In this document: piece by piece, positions 59,556 through 64,000 of the stretch
How positions within the stretch are numbered: position 1 is the first letter of the stretch
Layout of the letters: every line of letters begins with the position of its first letter
DNA from: Eledone cirrhosa
Lineage: Eukaryota
NCBI GenBank assembly: GCA_964016885.1
Contig: OZ024740.1
Coordinates: 319,610,001-319,674,000 of the forward strand
Reading direction: 5' to 3'
DNA length: 64,000 nucleotides
Position numbers and translations under genes: made by a program
Notes under the pieces: model-generated
The model's database searches: none
Seen by the model: the letters and a program-made list of their open reading frames with translations, nothing else
Told to the model about the DNA's origin: nothing

Positions 59556-59849
59556 ATATTTAGACCAGTTCGAACCAGTATTTGACCTCCCGCATCTAAC
59601 TTAATACTAACCATCTGATGTTTTGGTGTATCATTAGACCAGGTAAGGAAAGAAACTTTCTTATCGAGTGATTTACTCGGTTTTTGTTGTATGAATTTGT
59701 CTCCGCTTGAAAGTTATGGTATTATGGTGTCTATAAATGTATTAATATGTTTAGAGATAATATTAAATAAAACTGAACTGATCAGTGTAAAATAGTCGTG
59801 TTGCAATGTGGTGTTTGATTTTTGTAAAAATTGGAGACGGTTGCTTCTG

Positions 59850-59925
59850 ACAGGACCCGCTGGAAGGAGTGTTTGAGGACTCTGCTCCCACGACCCTCTC
59901 AGGAATAAGTGGGCGAAGAAGAAGG
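59850..59925 (+). mobile_element. 3' tip of the RTE LINE family seen at 5340 and 10966
   Basis: CCCGCTGGAAGGAGTGTTTGAGGACTC..CTCTCAGGAATAAGTGGGCGAAGAAG. Confidence 0.75.
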
Positions 59926-60080
59926 ACTAAGAAGAAGGACGAGCTTTAGAGCATGTTAATACTGTATATCTGCATACTTTGAATAATGTTCATGGAATAT
60001 GTTCCATACTGTAGAAACGATATACCGTTATATTCCCGATGGTGCAGGGAAGAGAGTCAGAGTGTTTTAAGGCGATCACA

Positions 60081-60274
60081 ATAATTGTTTCTACTTTTTG
60101 GCACAAGGCCAGCAATTACCCCAGTGCATTACTGGTACTTTATTTTATCGACCCTGTAAGGATGAAAGACAAATTTAACCTCTGCGGGATTTGAACTCAG
60201 ACCGTGAAGTACCGTAACTCCGTGCTGCAAAGCATGGTGTCCGACTCTCTACCGATACTGCCAATCCATCGCCC
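60081..60274 (-). mobile_element. SINE family 1, full length with TSD
   Basis: TSD TTAAG(G/C)CGATCACAATAAT at ~60067 and 60275. Confidence 0.9.
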
Positions 60275-60506
60275 TTAAGCCGATCACAATAATAAAAGCC
60301 CGTTACTCTATTCATTTTTTATTAGTGCTGTCAGGAAGATCCACAGATGAAAATTGAAATCATGACCTTTGAATTATGGAGGAAGACCTATTCATTGATT
60401 TTCTACGAATGTAAATTATTCACACACCTGCCTTTTTCCTGAATAGATTATTTTACATTCGTAGAAAAGCAAACCTGCCTTGACAATTTAGTGGTCATTA
60501 TTTTGA

Positions 60507-60690
60507 TGGATTGGCAGTATCGGTAGAGGATCGGACGCCATGCTTTGACGCATAGAGTTACGGCCCTTGCCATTCTGAGTTCAAATCCCGCCGAGGTTAA
60601 CTTTGCCTTTCATCCTTACGGGGTCGATAAAATAAAGTACCAGTAATGTACTGGGTAATTGCTGGGCTTGTGCCTAAAGTAGAAACAATT
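60507..60690 (+). mobile_element. SINE family 1 with TSD
   Basis: TSD ATTATTTTGAT at 60497 and 60688. Confidence 0.9.
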
Positions 60691-61122
60691 ATTTTGATTG
60701 TTACCTATGGGTTTTCCTAACAGCACTAATAAAAAATAAATGGTGTAACGGGCTTTTATTATTGGGATCGCCTTAAAACATAACAAATGTCCTCTGTGGT
60801 GCTCCAATTCTTATTATATTTTGTTTAAGATGGGGGAGGTGGAACTACAGAGTTTCATGATGGTATCCAATTAATTGTTGCAGATTAATCTGCCCTGCAC
60901 CGCCAATGTTTAGTCGTTGTGAAAATATTCGGTAGAGCGCTCGTCTATTACAAAGACGAATTACTCAATGGAATTTACTCAATGGAAAACTTCCAATATA
61001 TATATTTCCACAAATGCTGCAGATTGATGGTCCACGCTAGAATAATCTGTTTTGATTAATCGGATACGATCATGGAACTTTGAGTACCAATGAAAACATG
61101 TGCTTAGTAGCCATGTATTTTA

Positions 61123-61285
61123 AATAATTGTTTCTACGTGGCACAAGGTCAGCAAATACCCAGTGTATTACTGGTACTTTATTTTATCGACCCCGTAAGG
61201 ATGAAACCCAAAGTTAACCTCGGCGGGATTTGAACTCAGAATGGCAAGAGCCGTAACTCTATGCGTCAAAGCATGGCGTCCGACC
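61123..61285 (-). mobile_element. SINE family 1
   Basis: Close reverse complement of 60507-60690. Confidence 0.85.
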
Positions 61286-61507
61286 TAAATAATATAAAAT
61301 GTCTCTATGTTTACATATTGAGGGCTCATTCTTTTTGTAATTACAATTTACACTCATACAACGATATATATGTGTATACATGTATGTAAGTATGTATTTG
61401 TGTATGTATGTATTTATGTGTATATATATATACGTATATATATATATGTGTGTGTGTGCGTGCGTGGGTGTGGGTGTAAGTGTATGTGTGAGTGGGGAGG
61501 GGGGTGT

Positions 61508-61587
<80 letters not shown>

Positions 61588-62128
61588 AATCTTAATTCAA
61601 CACAGCAGAGAGATAGGTCCTACTAAACAAACTTAAAACCTGAAATAAATACCTCATTACCAAAATGAATGTTTTTAATTTGCACCCTGGCGTGGGGAAG
61701 GTCTTTAAATCAATTGAAGTTCTGACCTACACCAGAACAGTACACACTCGCTACAAGAGCTTCATACAAACCGAATTGCAAGCGCTATCAACTCACGCAC
61801 ATAAACAAACCTTACCTGTTTCGTACACATATACAAGGTATGACATATTCAAGCAGGCCTCCCTCCACAATTATTCAACTAATGATCATAACATCTATAC
61901 ATATGATGATATGTGTATATACGTGTATACACATGAAAGGGTACGTATATATTCATGTACGGATCAACGTATATCGGTTTCGTGCGCCCGTACGTGTGTG
62001 TACATAGATAGCTATACATCTGCCTTGTGATATCAGGTTTTATCACATTGCATACGCTTGTGTATACACCCTATGTGTATTTGTATGAGTTCATGTGTGT
62101 GTAATGTGTGCCTGAGTATGTATGTATT

Positions 62129-62162
<34 letters not shown>

Positions 62163-62187
62163 TGTATGTATGTATGTATATGTGTAT

Positions 62188-62785
62188 GTTGGTGCTACTG
62201 GTAACATGTATCCCAGTACAACCTGTCTCATGGTCGGGCCGTTGGCGACTAAACTGGCAACCCCACCAAGGTTTCTTGGTGAGGAGGGTGACTTTGGACA
62301 TCCTGCAGGACTAAAAACAAAACCTGTCAAAGGGCGAAGGAGCTCTTAAGAGTCAATGGCCATCCAAAATCACCGGGAGAGATGATCCCTTAGCCTTTGT
62401 CAAGGCAGAATTCTAGGAGAAGGAAAACTCTGATATAACACCTGCAACCCTGATGGTATCCAATGATGTTGACTTGTTATTCTTTTTGGTAAATATCATC
62501 TTAGTTAAGAGAGTGGGACTGGCTTTGTGCAGTGTCTTTGCTCACTATAAAAGCTTCACGGCACAGGCATTGCTTTATATCTGGAGATCTCTCTGCACTT
62601 GTCGTCACATGGTACCATGGGCCCAGCACTATGTGTCAATAATTGTCACAAGTGTAGTGTTTGTACCAGAGTTTTCAAGTCGCTGGCTGGACTAAAAAGT
62701 CGCACTCGTTCAGCGCATTGGTAGGAGTTCTCCTACATGGATATAAAGTAGTGGCCGTACTCGAAAACGAGTTGGCAGCCGCCAT
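62188..62785 (+). mobile_element. ~600-bp (ATGT)n-tailed retroposon
   Basis: Reverse complement of 50336-50944. Confidence 0.8.
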
Positions 62786-62819
62786 ATGTGTATGTATATG
62801 TGTATGTATGTATGTTATG

Positions 62820-63321
62820 TCAGGTCGCTCTCGATTGCTATTGGTAACATGTAACCTAGTACAACCTGTCTCATGGTCGGGTCGTCGGCAACCCCACCAA
62901 GCGTGCTTGGTGAGGAGGATTATATTTGGACACCCTGCGGGATGAAATACAAGACCCGGCAAAGGGCGGAGAAACTCAGCAGAGTCAATGACCATCCAAA
63001 TAATACTTTTTTTTTTTCACCTGGCAGTGAAAAGCCCCCAGTTGTTGTCACAATACCTTTCTAGGAGAGTAAAACTCTGAAAAAAAACCCTGCGGCTTCG
63101 GAAGCATCCGATGATGTTGACCAGTTCTCCTTTTCGGGTAGTGTTTTCGATGCTCAGAGAGTGGGATTGCTCGAGTGCAAGGCCTTTCCCCGATTAAAAA
63201 ACCTTTAAAGCACAGGCATTGCTTGTTCAGGTTTGTGTGGCTGGCTGTAGCCTAAAAGTGCACCAAACACTGTAACCTGACAAGCGATTGCAATACTCTT
63301 AGCAGAGTTTGCAGCCATCAT
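62820..63321 (+). mobile_element. Diverged relative of the 600-bp (ATGT)n-tailed retroposon
   Basis: Shares GGTAACATGTA..AGTACAACCTGTCTCATGGTCGGG, GGCAACCCCACCAAG, GGTGAGGAGG, AAAACTCTGA and the end GAGTT.GCAGCCA.C(ATGT)n. Confidence 0.7.
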
Positions 63322-63629
63322 GTATGTATGTATGTATGTATGTATGTATGTATGTATGCATGCATGTATGTATGTATGTATGTATGTATGTATGTATGTA
63401 TGTATGTATGTATGTATGTATGTATGTATGTATGTATATGAATACACTTAGCTTAGTTGTTTGAGTGTTCAACTCACAATCGTAAAGACGAGTGTTCGAT
63501 TTCTGGAGTGTTCGATTTCAAAAATGCCTAATGGAGTTATACAGGTGGCGTCATACAGTGTGACAAAAGCACTTTTAACATGACGACGCTCATCTTTCTC
63601 TATATTTAAATATATATATATATGTATGA

Positions 63630-63710
<81 letters not shown>

Positions 63711-64000
63711 TGTGTGTGTGTGTGCGCGTGTGCATATATATATATATATATATGGATATTATATTACGTAATGTATCGAAACACGTGTCAGAATTATTAA
63801 TAATTATAAATAAACGAAATATTGAACTCCAACATCTATGCCTCAATAATGTTTTCCATAACCTCTGACTCTTCATACTTACATATACACGCATGTGCAT
63901 GTCAGTACCTCTACAGTGGATTCATAGTAACACATCTCTGTAGTAAAATTGCATTGTTCATCTCGGAATACATATTCAAAGGATTACTTTGTTGTTTTAA

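Larger units (their letters stand above)
60063..60780. mobile_element. MITE-like element with ~80-bp TIRs, carrying two SINE insertions
   Basis: TGTTTTAAGGCGATC.CAATAATAAAAGCCCGTTAC... on the left (split by a SINE) is the reverse complement of 60701-60780. Confidence 0.7.

Overview
AT-rich, microsatellite-saturated eukaryotic (animal) DNA. The repeat repertoire looks like a coleoid cephalopod such as Octopus (inference from memory, not verified). I find no credible host protein-coding exon; nearly all listed ORFs are microsatellite translation artefacts. The window is a mosaic of decayed mobile elements and satellites: Penelope-like elements (PLEs; RT and GIY-YIG remnants), RTE, CR1, CRE-like and R4/Dong-like non-LTR fragments, tRNA-derived SINEs, mariner-type MITEs, two non-autonomous Helitrons, 72-bp and 73-bp satellites with higher-order structure, and a 1223-bp tandem triplication. 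The most notable signal is at least 8 distinct families of short non-coding elements inserted into (TA)n tracts. They form fold-backs or ~450-500 nt tandem 1.5-mers and carry type I hammerhead ribozyme (HHR) motifs. One HHR has a fully canonical core (48221-48307), several are minimal or variant, and several are decayed. They look like a PLE-driven retrozyme-like system. All structures were folded by eye and activity is untested. Boundaries are approximate unless stated.
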